Positions 1-9,046 of a stretch of DNA of 64,000 nt are shown here, piece by piece. Position 1 is the stretch's first letter; each line of letters starts with the position of its first letter. Made by a program: the position numbers and the translations under genes. A model generated the notes under the pieces. The model was not told the DNA's origin. It worked only from the letters and a program-made list of their open reading frames with translations, and made no database searches. This DNA is from Candidatus Micrarchaeia archaeon (lineage in GTDB: Archaea; Micrarchaeota; Micrarchaeia; Micrarchaeales; CABMGC01). The stretch is from the NCBI GenBank assembly GCA_049976305.1, contig JBMFIM010000001.1, forward strand, positions 1-64,000, given 5' to 3'.

Positions 1-93
1 GTAAGCCTTAACCAAGAGCTTCTTTGTTATGATAGGATAGGTATGGCGATGTATTTTAGAACGTTTATTATATATCAAGCCCTTTTTCTGCAT
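1..93 (-). CDS. 5' part of a hypothetical protein running off the window (MQKKGLIYNKRSK...)
   Basis: ATG at 93 preceded by GAGGG; frame open to window edge. Confidence 0.4.
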   Translation of the reverse strand, partial: MQKKGLIYNKRSKIHRHTYPIITKKLLVKAY

Positions 94-291
94 GCCCTCA
101 CTGATAGTATTGAAAAAAACAATAAATAGCTTGCTGCCGCTGGGCAGTAGCTACGCGATTGCATGCAAGCCTCAAGCTTGATCGATCGGAGATTCGCAAA
201 TGCAAATGCTCTGCTTTATCTTCTTGTTTGGCTATTGATTCTGATTACCACAAATGCACCAAAATAAAAAGCTTAACAGGCAAATACAACT

Positions 292-651
292 GTGGCTGGC
301 GAAATAAAGCAGGTGCTTGTTGTAAGGGCAGACTTGAAAATGGGCAAAGGCAAGCTTGCCGCACAAGTAGCACACGCATCTTTGATGAGCTATTTCGAAG
401 CGGAGAAGAAAAGCAAAAGCCTTGCAAAGGAATGGATTGAGACAGGAGAAAAGAAAATAGTGGTAAAAGCTAGTGGCGAAGAGGAGCTTATGCAACTTTA
501 TGAAGAGGCGAAGAAGGAAGGCATTCCATGCGCACTAGTCCACGATGCAGGCTTGACACAGCTTCCTCCTAATACAATAACAGTGCTTGGCATAGGCCCG
601 TGGAAAGGAGAAGAAATAGACAAACTAACCGGCAATCTCAAACTTGTCTAA
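292..651 (+). CDS. pth2: peptidyl-tRNA hydrolase Pth2
   Basis: KQVLVVRADLKMGKGKLAAQVAHA and DAGLTQ motifs. Confidence 0.95.
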   Translation: MAGEIKQVLVVRADLKMGKGKLAAQVAHASLMSYFEAEKKSKSLAKEWIETGEKKIVVKASGEEELMQLYEEAKKEGIPCALVHDAGLTQLPPNTITVLGIGPWKGEEIDKLTGNLKLV

Positions 652-665
652 TTTTGCAGCTTATG

Positions 666-1559
666 TCATACGTAGGTGAGCCATTCCTGGAATTCTTCTG
701 AATTGCCCCTTACTACGTCACCATACTCTTGCATTAAAGTCTTTGTTATAGGGCCTGGCTTGCCCTTGCCAACCTTTATTCCGTTTATCTCCACTATGGG
801 TGTTATCTCGGCCGCAGTGCCAGTGAAGAATGCTTCATCGCAGGTTTCTAGCTCTTCCTGGTGGACTTGCCTTTCCTCAACTTCTATGCCCATGCTTTCT
901 GCTATTTTGATAACAGAGTCCCTAGTTATGCCGAGCAAAATATCTGCTTCCTTGCTAGGTGTAACAAGCTTGTTGTCCTCCACTAGGAATATGTTTTCGC
1001 CAGGGCCTTCTGCCACATAGCCATCGAAAGTGAGAAGAATTGCTTCATCGGCGCCTGACTTCTTGGCTTCCAGGCTTGCAAGCAGCGAATTCAGGTAATT
1101 GCCGCTTCCTTTTGCTTCGGGCGGCAATATGCTGGAGTTTATCCTCCTCCAAGAGGAAACCTTGCACTTTAGCCCACCTTCTTTCTTGAAATACTTGCCC
1201 ATTTCGACTGTAGCAATTATTACGCTTGTCTCATCTACATTGCTTACGCCGAGGCTTGTGTTGGTGTAGAAGGCGAAAGGCCTTATGTAGCATTCGATGC
1301 TGCCGTTTTTCTTTACAGTATCTACAATTGCCTTGGAAATCTGCTGTGGGGTGAACTTTATAGGCATTGAGTAGATCTTTGCGCTGTTGAAGAATCTTTT
1401 GACATGGTCTTCAAGCCTGAAAATCGCAGTGCCGTTCTTAGCCTTGTAGGCCCTGATTCCCTCGAAAACACCGCTGCCATATTGTAGAGAGTGTACAAGA
1501 ACATTTACAGTAGCCTTTTCAAATTGCACAAACTTTCCATCGAACCAAACGTATCGCAT
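666..1559 (-). CDS. ilvE: branched-chain amino acid aminotransferase (class IV PLP)
   Basis: HSLQYGSGVFEGIRAY, AKGSGNY, EGPGENIF, LLGITR; start reassigned to ATG 1559 (MRYVWFDG). Confidence 0.93.
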   Translation of the reverse strand: MRYVWFDGKFVQFEKATVNVLVHSLQYGSGVFEGIRAYKAKNGTAIFRLEDHVKRFFNSAKIYSMPIKFTPQQISKAIVDTVKKNGSIECYIRPFAFYTNTSLGVSNVDETSVIIATVEMGKYFKKEGGLKCKVSSWRRINSSILPPEAKGSGNYLNSLLASLEAKKSGADEAILLTFDGYVAEGPGENIFLVEDNKLVTPSKEADILLGITRDSVIKIAESMGIEVEERQVHQEELETCDEAFFTGTAAEITPIVEINGIKVGKGKPGPITKTLMQEYGDVVRGNSEEFQEWLTYV

Positions 1560-1594
1560 ATCAAGAATTTGAAGGCTTAGAAATATAAGCGTAA

Positions 1595-1613
1595 GCGGGG
1601 CCCTAGGCCCCGC
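1595..1613. other. GC-rich perfect hairpin between wHTH gene and ilvE
   Basis: GCGGGGCC-CTA-GGCCCCGC, 8-bp stem; function (terminator, processing site, operator) unknown. Confidence 0.5.
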
Positions 1614-1621
1614 AGCCCACC

Positions 1622-1939
1622 TCATGCCCTATATGCCACAGCCACATAGTACTGCCTCGCAAGGCTAGACCTAAGCACATTTTGCCCTTGCTGAGTAAGC
1701 CTAAGGGGCTTAGGCTCGTCGCCTTTCTCTGTGAAATCCACAAGGCCGAGCTCCTTTAGCCTTTTAAGCCTATACCACACAGTGCTCCTGCTTTCTCCAG
1801 TTATTGCACAATACTCCTCAACGAAGCTCGTAGCTGTGCTTTCGGCTAAGCCTATGTTGCGAAGTATAGAAAGCCACTGAGGTTTTAGCTTTGAGCTATC
1901 AAAAACCTCAGCATTAATCCTATTATCGAACGCCTGCAT
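1622..1939 (-). CDS. winged helix-turn-helix protein
   Basis: SRSTVWYRLKRLKELGLVDF...LRLTQQG wHTH pattern; ATG 1939 after GGTGG. Confidence 0.75.
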   Translation of the reverse strand: MQAFDNRINAEVFDSSKLKPQWLSILRNIGLAESTATSFVEEYCAITGESRSTVWYRLKRLKELGLVDFTEKGDEPKPLRLTQQGQNVLRSSLARQYYVAVAYRA

Positions 1940-1977
1940 AAGGAACCACCACACAAAAGAGAAATTTTATAGCGCCC

Positions 1978-2079
1978 TTACGCAGGCGGCTTTATATCAA
2001 ATGTGCAGTTCAGATACTTCCTTATGACTGGCAATGAGAATGCATGCATTTGCCATACGTTGCCAGACACAAGGCTCAT
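1978..2079 (-). CDS. candidate 33-aa leader peptide (MSLVSGNVWQMHAFSLPVIRKYLNCTFDIKPPA)
   Basis: ATG 2079 to TAA 1978, embedded in a nested stem-loop upstream of the wHTH gene. Confidence 0.3.
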   Translation of the reverse strand: MSLVSGNVWQMHAFSLPVIRKYLNCTFDIKPPA

Positions 2080-2153
2080 TTTACTGCACTGAAAAAGATT
2101 TTGTATGGTTATCTTTTATAAATCTTTTGTACAAAAAGTTTGTAGGCATTTAA

Positions 2154-3029
2154 ATGTTTTTAGAATTGCTCAGGATAGCGATACTTCTTGCAATCGCCTT
2201 AGTCTACGCCCTGTTCGACTTGCTGAATAAAAGAGAAGTGCCTGATGGTTTTGTATACGCATCGTTCCTTGTAGGCCTTGCTCTCGCATTTACATATCCT
2301 GCGAATACACTTATCATAGACCTGCTCATCGCTGTGATTATAGCGAGCTTTGGCTACGTCATTTACAGAGCAGGGTATTGGGGCGCAGGCGACCTGTTCG
2401 AAATAACAACAATAAGCCTCATATTGCCGATACAGCCGAAGCCTTGGCTTGTTAGCCTTAACCAGCTGGGGCTTCCTTTTGTAATTTCATTTTTCATCTC
2501 ATCTGGCATTGCTGCGATTTGGATAGTGCCCATTTACTACCTAGCATTCAAGAAAAAGCAAGTCAAGAAGACTGGAAATGAGAGAATATACAGGACTTTA
2601 GGCATAATCTTGCTTGCGCTCTACTTGGTGCTTCTTCTCTTCATCTACTTTGTTTTTGGAATAAGCATAATAAGCTTTGCAATAGTTGCTGCGATCGGCA
2701 TACCTTCTGCTGTCGTACTTGCGTATGAGGAGGAAATAACAGGAAAAATGATAGACTATGTGCATCCAAGCAAAATACAGCAAGGCGACATAATAGCAAT
2801 AAACATGATGAGCAGAGAGGAGCTTGCCTATTTTAGGAGGATTTATCCTAATTTTTCAAGGCTTGCTACAAAAGGAATGGTAGAAAATTTCAAAAGGCTG
2901 AAAACGAGGAAGAGGCTGCCAGTATACGCCCACGCTGTGCCCTTTGCAGTATTTGTGCTAATAGGAGTAGTAATCTCCCTGCTCTTCGGCAACATAGTGT
3001 TGTTCTTGCTCCAGCCGCTACCTAAATGA
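2154..3029 (+). CDS. A24-family prepilin/prearchaellin peptidase
   Basis: multi-TM; DLLNKREVPD and WGAGD aspartate motifs; C-terminal PFAVFV. Confidence 0.8.
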   Translation: MFLELLRIAILLAIALVYALFDLLNKREVPDGFVYASFLVGLALAFTYPANTLIIDLLIAVIIASFGYVIYRAGYWGAGDLFEITTISLILPIQPKPWLVSLNQLGLPFVISFFISSGIAAIWIVPIYYLAFKKKQVKKTGNERIYRTLGIILLALYLVLLLFIYFVFGISIISFAIVAAIGIPSAVVLAYEEEITGKMIDYVHPSKIQQGDIIAINMMSREELAYFRRIYPNFSRLATKGMVENFKRLKTRKRLPVYAHAVPFAVFVLIGVVISLLFGNIVLFLLQPLPK

Positions 3030-3888
3030 GTTCAAGCAGCTCATCCTCAGACGTTAACTCGTTAAGCTGCTTCTTTGGCATTACTGTAATATTTCCTATC
3101 TTAGTATAGGCTTTGCCTAGAAAGAAAGGATAGACGTCGCTGAAATTGTCCATTAAGCCTTTGAAAAATGCAGCACGCTTTAGAAGGGTCCTTGCATCTG
3201 CTTCGCCGGCAATTGGATAATAGTTTCTTCCTTTGGCTAGCAAGGCAAAAGGGGCGTTGTTGAGCTCTACGCTCCTTATCTCGCTCTTGCCCAAACGCTT
3301 TTCTTCGATTTTCTCAGAACTCTCCTCAGGCACAACGCTAGCAGTGAGGTCTTCGCCGAAAAAGTCTTCTAGCCTACGCAGTATTTCCTCAGAAGCAAAG
3401 GAAGATGTGTGCTCATATTTGTAGATTGTACTCGAAGAAACATGCAAGGCGTCAGCAAGCTCCTTTATAGTCATGCCCTTTATGCGCCTGAGCTGCCTCA
3501 GCCTAGCCGAGTCTATAGGGCGCTTTATGCTTACATTCTTCGAAGCGAAATAGCGCTTAGGCGATGACAAGTAAGTGCTTATGGATTCACTGCTTATGCA
3601 TTCTATGGAGAAGCGGGTATAGCTTACGTTCCTCTCTAGCTTGCCATTCTGCGACTTTTCGCCTATGATTACTGGGGTTGAGTCCAAGAACTTGGCAATT
3701 TTGTAAAGAATGCGTGCATCGCTCTCACTAACAGCATCTATGTTCGCCACTACTTTAATTACTAACCTTTGCGCATTCTTCTGAGCGATTACCTTAGGTA
3801 TGGACCTAATACCCTCTGCTTTTACGAGCGCGAAGCCGTATGCCTTGAGCTCTTTTATCACTTCTTCTTCGAGCTTTTCTGCTAGCAT
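3022..3888 (-). CDS. archaeal HTH transcriptional regulator (COG1395-like)
   Basis: N-terminal IKVVANID domain plus Cro/HTH_3 LRQLRRIKGMTIKELADALHVSSSTIYKYE. Confidence 0.8.
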   Translation of the reverse strand: MLAEKLEEEVIKELKAYGFALVKAEGIRSIPKVIAQKNAQRLVIKVVANIDAVSESDARILYKIAKFLDSTPVIIGEKSQNGKLERNVSYTRFSIECISSESISTYLSSPKRYFASKNVSIKRPIDSARLRQLRRIKGMTIKELADALHVSSSTIYKYEHTSSFASEEILRRLEDFFGEDLTASVVPEESSEKIEEKRLGKSEIRSVELNNAPFALLAKGRNYYPIAGEADARTLLKRAAFFKGLMDNFSDVYPFFLGKAYTKIGNITVMPKKQLNELTSEDELLELI

Positions 3889-4011
3889 AAGTAAGTTTTC
3901 TCAAAAATCATTTATATGCATAACTGTTCGCTGTTAGCCTCTAAGTTTTTCTATTTTCGCAATTTCGAATAAGAATTTAATACTGAGTAGAGAACATAAC
4001 TAGGTGATAAG

Positions 4012-4632
4012 ATGGAGATAGAAGGCTTGCACAAGTATGAACTAAGGCCATTACCTTACTCAATAGATGCACTAGAGCCCTACATAAGCAAGGAGATCGT
4101 AGATGTGCATTACAACGGCCACCACAAGGGTTATGTCAACACAGCAAACACTCTAATGGACAGGCTTAACGGAATAATAAAAGGAGATGTTACAAGCTAC
4201 GACCTACACGGCGTGCTAAGGGCAATAACCTTCAACATAAACGGGGCAAAGCTCCACGAGGCCTATTGGAACAACATGGCACCAAGCGGCAAAGGCGGAG
4301 GCACGCCTGGCGGCAAGCTTGCTGACCTAATAAACAAGCAGTATGGCAGCTTTGAGAGGTTCAAGAAGCTATTTACAGAAGCTGCAAACTCAAACCCCGG
4401 CACGGGTTGGGCCTTGCTCGTATATGACAGAGAGAACAGCAACCTCCAGATACTGACGATTGAAAACCATTTCATGAACCACATAGCAGAAATGCCAACC
4501 ATTCTCATACTTGATGAATTTGAGCACGCGTATTACCTTCAATACAAGAACAAAAGGGCAGACTACGTGGCGAACTGGTGGAACATAGTAAACTGGGACG
4601 ACGCTGAAAAGAGGCTCGAAAAGGAGCTATGA
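4012..4632 (+). CDS. sod: Fe/Mn superoxide dismutase
   Basis: [31 protein letters not shown]. Confidence 0.96.
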   Translation: MEIEGLHKYELRPLPYSIDALEPYISKEIVDVHYNGHHKGYVNTANTLMDRLNGIIKGDVTSYDLHGVLRAITFNINGAKLHEAYWNNMAPSGKGGGTPGGKLADLINKQYGSFERFKKLFTEAANSNPGTGWALLVYDRENSNLQILTIENHFMNHIAEMPTILILDEFEHAYYLQYKNKRADYVANWWNIVNWDDAEKRLEKEL

Positions 4633-4710
4633 TGCTTGGTTGAAATAGACTAAAAGAAATTTGAAGCCATTTTTAAAAGCTTATCTTCCTATGTGGATAT
4701 TGGTGTGGGC

Positions 4711-5199
4711 ATGCAAGATAGGGACCTGCTCGTTGAGCAAGGTCAAGCGTCAAAGGTATTTGTAAAAGACATAATGAGCTCTCCTGTTGTCACTGCTCAA
4801 GAGGGCGACAGCATAAAGGCTCTTGCCAAGAAGATGTTTGCTTACGATGTCGATAGCGTGGTGATAGTAAACGAGAATAATGAGCCTGTAGGCTTGGTCA
4901 CCGAAGGCGACATAGTAAGAAGGCTTCTCTCAAAGAAGCGCAACCTGTGGTTTACAAAGGCGAAGCATGTGATGAGCAAGCCTGCACTTACTATTTCACC
5001 AGAAGCGGAGCTGGAAGAAGTTGCAAAATACATGTCTTCCAAGAAGGTAAAAAGGCTCTGCGTAGTAAATGAGGAAGGCAAGCTCATAGGCATAGTCACT
5101 CAGACAGATATTTTGGAAAACGCCAACTACCTGATAGGCTTGCTCAAGGAAATGCTGGAAGCAGGCTATGGAGAGGAAGCTGCAACCATGCATAAGTAG
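4711..5199 (+). CDS. tandem CBS-domain protein
   Basis: VKDIMSSPVVT...GLVTEGDI and GIVTQTDI repeats. Confidence 0.9.
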   Translation: MQDRDLLVEQGQASKVFVKDIMSSPVVTAQEGDSIKALAKKMFAYDVDSVVIVNENNEPVGLVTEGDIVRRLLSKKRNLWFTKAKHVMSKPALTISPEAELEEVAKYMSSKKVKRLCVVNEEGKLIGIVTQTDILENANYLIGLLKEMLEAGYGEEAATMHK

Positions 5200-5288
5200 A
5201 CTAAACCGTTTCTAATGCTGCATGCGCATGAAGGGCCAAAGAATCACAAAGGCGCTTAATTGCCACGTCTTATAAGCGGTTAAAGATG

Positions 5289-5582
5289 TTAGATTATGCT
5301 AAGCAGGATTTTCATTAAGAAGTAGCTGATTATTTGGCCAATAAATACCCATCCAGATAGCGTGGACAGGTATTTATCTTTACCCTCCGCTAGGACGTAT
5401 GAGATTATGGGCCCGATTATAGGTATCAAGAACAATAACGAAAATGCCTTATCCTCGTTGTCTGACGAAATCACATAAAGCATGGCCACTATGCTCCCTA
5501 TCTGAAAGGGTATTGCGGATATCAATATCCATACAGGAGAGGATTTTACGTTTCTGGGGAGATGGCGCGATCCCATTATCAT
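5289..5582 (-). CDS. small hypothetical membrane protein
   Basis: hydrophobic ORF overlapping the upstream gene by 4 nt. Confidence 0.6.
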   Translation of the reverse strand: MIMGSRHLPRNVKSSPVWILISAIPFQIGSIVAMLYVISSDNEDKAFSLLFLIPIIGPIISYVLAEGKDKYLSTLSGWVFIGQIISYFLMKILLSII

Positions 5583-6043
5583 CTTGCTTTTACTTTATCG
5601 CCAAAAGCAGTCTTCAAAGTCTGGACATAGTTGTTGTAAACATCGCTATTTTTATTCTTTATATCAGGGTTAGCAAGGTTATACTTGTATGTTTTTTGAT
5701 TAGTTTTTATCTGAATGTTGTGCTTATCTATTTCTATTTCAAGTATGTCTCCATTATTCAATGCCAAATTGTCAGGATCTGACTTGAGTACATCGTCTAG
5801 GTTCATTTGTGAAAGCTTTTGTGTTACGTTTTCGATCTCCTCTTTCGTAGCCTTGTTAGCCATTCCTCTTCCAAAAATGCCAAACACATATGCAAATCCT
5901 GCATCGGCTGCGGCAGAAGAAGTGCTCGACACATTTAATATCAGCAGCCTTTTATCTGTAATTATGATGCTTCTTCTTTTCGGGGCTATAATTCCAAAAG
6001 AGGTCACGTTGTCTATGTATCCTAAAACTTGCTCGTTTTCCAT
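5579..6043 (-). CDS. hypothetical protein (possible PH-like fold)
   Basis: 154-aa ORF; IIITDKRLLIL motif and Gly/Ala-rich hydrophobic patch. Confidence 0.65.
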   Translation of the reverse strand: MENEQVLGYIDNVTSFGIIAPKRRSIIITDKRLLILNVSSTSSAAADAGFAYVFGIFGRGMANKATKEEIENVTQKLSQMNLDDVLKSDPDNLALNNGDILEIEIDKHNIQIKTNQKTYKYNLANPDIKNKNSDVYNNYVQTLKTAFGDKVKAR

Positions 6044-6113
6044 ACAATCGCTAGAATACTAGAGCTGACAGATTAAAAATCTTTTCTTTGCACCTTGCAC
6101 CAATTTGTCTAAC

Positions 6114-6237
6114 AAAGTGAGCGAGAAATTCCACCTCAGCCCTCTATATTTAGAGATGGGCAAACCCGTATTAGCGGGTTTAGTGGCTTTATACCTTGTT
6201 GCGCTTGGGAAGCCCGCGCCATTTATGGGGATGTCAC
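6114..6237 (+). mobile_element. degenerate non-autonomous IS200/IS605-family element
   Basis: begins AAAGTGAGCGAGAAA and ends GGGAAGCCCGCG...GGGGATGTCAC, resembling both ends of the element at 20526-20765; internal hairpin AAACCCG-TATTAG-CGGGTTT. Confidence 0.6.
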
Positions 6238-6266
6238 AATTATCAAATAAACAATCTATTAATCTA

Positions 6267-7679
6267 TTAAAGGCCGACACTGAGAGGAGATAGAAGCAAA
6301 GATGGCAAGATGCCAAACAACAAGATAAGGCCTAGAAGCAGAGATATTGCGAACAAGGAATAATAGCCTGGAAACTCGTAAGGCTCTATCGCCTCTCCTA
6401 CGTTGAAAAACATCCTTGCTACAATCCAGAACAGGAATATGCCAACAATGAGTATTGCAAGAAGCGGCAATACGCCGATGGCACCAAAAGCGTGCACCAA
6501 CGACATGAAAATGAGAAGGTCTGCTATGAAAGAACTTGTAAGAGGCAAGCCCACAATGGCAAAGCTTGCAAAAACGAAAGAGTACGCCAAACCTTTCATG
6601 CTCTTAGCCACCCCGCGCACCTTGCTTATCAAAGTGGTGCCGAATGAATTGTCTACTGTGCCAACAATTGCAAAAGCCAGTGCAATTATAAGGCCGTGGC
6701 TAAGCATTGCGTAGGTAGAGCCAGCATAGCCTATAGCTGAAAAGGAAGAAAGACCTAGGGCGATTATCGCCATGTCTAGCATACTGACATATGCGATGCT
6801 CGTCTTAAGGTTAGCCTGCCTTATTGCAAGGAAGCTGGAATAGAATGCTGAAAAGGCAAACGCCAAGGCAAGGATCTTGGCATAGGAAGAAGCGAAAGGC
6901 ATCATGAGAAACAAAAGCAGCATACCATAAGCTCCGAACTTTGACAAAACGCCGGCAAGCAGCATCGTGCTGGGCGTAGGGGATTCTGAATAGGCGTCAG
7001 GAAGCCATGTGTGCAAAGGAAATATCGGCAGCTTTATGCTGAATGAAAGTGCAAGGAGGATAAATGCTGCAAGTGCAAATCCCGGCTCTAGAGCGCTTGG
7101 AGAGCTTACTAGGTATGCTATGCTAAGGGAGTGGGCTGTGTTTCCAACAAATATGAGCATTATGCCAAGGAGAAGCAGGAGGCTTGAAACAAGCGAGAAG
7201 ATGAGAAACTTTATTGCTGCATATCTCCTGTTGTAGCCGCCGAAGGAATAGATCATGAAGAACATCACGATCTCACTGACCTCCCAGAACATGTAGAAAG
7301 GAAGAAGGCTTGAAGAGGAAAAGACGCCCACAAGCGATGAGGAAATAATCAAGTAAAGCGTGGCATAGAGCTTCTTTGATTCTTTGATATAGCTTTCAAG
7401 GAGCAGCGAAGATACAAAAACAAGCACAGCTGCAAGAAGCACGAGGACTTGAGAAAACGGCGTTAGGGAAAAGCTGAACTGCAAGCCAGGCAGATAGGAA
7501 AACGAAGCTTGCAAAGAAGCAAAGCCGTATAAGTTGGCAAGCACCAAAGCATATACCACAACAAGCAGAAGCAGAAAAGAAGACACAACAACAAGCTTTA
7601 GCGAGTACCTTTCAGGAAGCGCTGCTAGAGGTATCAGGAAAAGTAAAGGAATAAGCAAAGCTATAGGCAAAGCCAGCAT
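6267..7679 (-). CDS. NuoM-like proton-translocating membrane subunit (complex I/Mrp antiporter family)
   Basis: FYMFWE, AAIKFLIFS, IKLPIFPLHTWLPDAY, KFGAYG, SHGL, GLPLTSSF. Confidence 0.88.
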   Translation of the reverse strand: MLALPIALLIPLLFLIPLAALPERYSLKLVVVSSFLLLLVVVYALVLANLYGFASLQASFSYLPGLQFSFSLTPFSQVLVLLAAVLVFVSSLLLESYIKESKKLYATLYLIISSSLVGVFSSSSLLPFYMFWEVSEIVMFFMIYSFGGYNRRYAAIKFLIFSLVSSLLLLLGIMLIFVGNTAHSLSIAYLVSSPSALEPGFALAAFILLALSFSIKLPIFPLHTWLPDAYSESPTPSTMLLAGVLSKFGAYGMLLLFLMMPFASSYAKILALAFAFSAFYSSFLAIRQANLKTSIAYVSMLDMAIIALGLSSFSAIGYAGSTYAMLSHGLIIALAFAIVGTVDNSFGTTLISKVRGVAKSMKGLAYSFVFASFAIVGLPLTSSFIADLLIFMSLVHAFGAIGVLPLLAILIVGIFLFWIVARMFFNVGEAIEPYEFPGYYSLFAISLLLGLILLFGILPSLLLSPLSVGL

Positions 7680-7737
7680 CAGACATATTTGGGAATCTAT
7701 TTATTAAAAGGTTAGCTAGCAGTAGCCATTGAACTTG

Positions 7738-8049
7738 CTAGAGGACGTCTATGTTTGATTCGTGGTAGCCAAGGGCAAGCAATATTTTCTTAGCTGCTTC
7801 TTTGTGGTCGCCCTGAAGTTCTATTACTCCATTCTTGTCTGTGCCGCCGCAGGAGAGCTTGTTCTTTAGCTCTTTTGCGACCTTCTTGAGCTCTTCGCCT
7901 GACAGCCCTTCGACAACAGTGACAAGCTTGTTGAACTTCGATTTCTTGGTATAGATCTTTATCTTTGTAGCTGTCTCACGCTCAAGAACCTCGTAGACAT
8001 TCAGCTCTTTTGGCAATCCAGTAATTGGGTCTATTTCGCTTTCTACCAT
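7738..8049 (-). CDS. translation initiation factor aIF1 (SUI1)
   Basis: LKNKLSCGGT...IELQGDH. Confidence 0.93.
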   Translation of the reverse strand: MVESEIDPITGLPKELNVYEVLERETATKIKIYTKKSKFNKLVTVVEGLSGEELKKVAKELKNKLSCGGTDKNGVIELQGDHKEAAKKILLALGYHESNIDVL

Positions 8050-8246
8050 TATGTGCTTACACCTCTTTCCTTAAGAAGCGTCTTTATCTGAGCAATAGTT
8101 CTTTTCATCTCCCTTATCTTTGCCTTCTTTGTCTGAACGCCCGTGCTTGCAATCTTTCTTTTCTCAATAGATAAATCGAGTTGAATTTGGCTAAGCTTGG
8201 ATTGCAACGCCTCAGGCGTCAAGGAACGAAGATCTTTGATGTGCAT
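8049..8246 (-). CDS. rpl29: 50S ribosomal protein L29
   Basis: IREMKRTIAQIKT; operon position. Confidence 0.92.
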   Translation of the reverse strand: MHIKDLRSLTPEALQSKLSQIQLDLSIEKRKIASTGVQTKKAKIREMKRTIAQIKTLLKERGVST

Positions 8247-8281
8247 ATTATACCTGTTTGATAAGCAACATATAAATATAT

Positions 8282-9046
8282 TTATTTTCTTGCCGACTGC
8301 TTCTGCTCTGCTTGCTGTTGCTGGCCTTGCTGCCTATCTTTTGCATCTTGAACCGAAGCCTGGCTGGCAGGCGCTTCCTCAGGCTTCTTCTCATTTTGTA
8401 GTGCTTTAGCAGACTGCTGTGCAGCCACCTCTGCCTCTCCCTGCCCCGCCTTCGACTTTTGCTTTTTCTTAGGTTGCGGAAACACAGTACCGGGCTTTGC
8501 AATTCTAACAACAATCCCTATGGCTCCGTATTTAGGATAAGCGGCAAGCTTCGCAGTCTTTACCAGCTTTACGACGTTGCCTGCCTTTGGTATGTAGCCT
8601 TGTGTGACCTTTATCTGCCTTGACTTGGCCCCTTTTGCAGCAAGCTTGCCGGTTGCAATGAGCTCAGCACCCATGGCCCCATTTTTCATTATGTCCTCAA
8701 GCACCGAGTGCAGAAGGCTTCTTGCATTGGCCCCTCTTTCCAAGGCGTTTGCTATGTACCTGGCGACAAGCCTGGGCTCAAGCATTGGGTTGCTTACTTC
8801 TGCAACGCTTATTTGAGGATTCTCTATCTTGAATCTCTCAGAAATAGCCTTTGTAAGCATGTTTATTGACTCGCCGCCCCTGCCTATTACCCTTCCTGGA
8901 TTTGTCACCCAGACGGTAATTCTTGTGAGCATAGGGGTCTTCTGTATCTCCACATCTGAAAAGCCTGCTTTGCTCAAAGCGTTCTCCAGGTATTTGCTAA
9001 CCTCTGCCTTTATCAGCATGTCTTCGACAAATTTTCTCTCTATCAT
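8282..9046 (-). CDS. rps3: 30S ribosomal protein S3 with Q/K-rich C-terminal tail
   Basis: KH motif PGRVIGRGG; operon position. Confidence 0.95.
   Translation of the reverse strand: MIERKFVEDMLIKAEVSKYLENALSKAGFSDVEIQKTPMLTRITVWVTNPGRVIGRGGESINMLTKAISERFKIENPQISVAEVSNPMLEPRLVARYIANALERGANARSLLHSVLEDIMKNGAMGAELIATGKLAAKGAKSRQIKVTQGYIPKAGNVVKLVKTAKLAAYPKYGAIGIVVRIAKPGTVFPQPKKKQKSKAGQGEAEVAAQQSAKALQNEKKPEEAPASQASVQDAKDRQQGQQQQAEQKQSARK

Noticed and set aside
40..115. GGCGATG...ACTGATAG resembling a fluoride riboswitch
   Set aside because: Required stem and pseudoknot complementarity not found; region better explained by a minus-strand ORF start at 93
6059..6316. Short ORFs 6059-6316 and 6105-6293
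   Set aside because: Overlap the IS605-like remnant and nuoM end; no recognisable protein features
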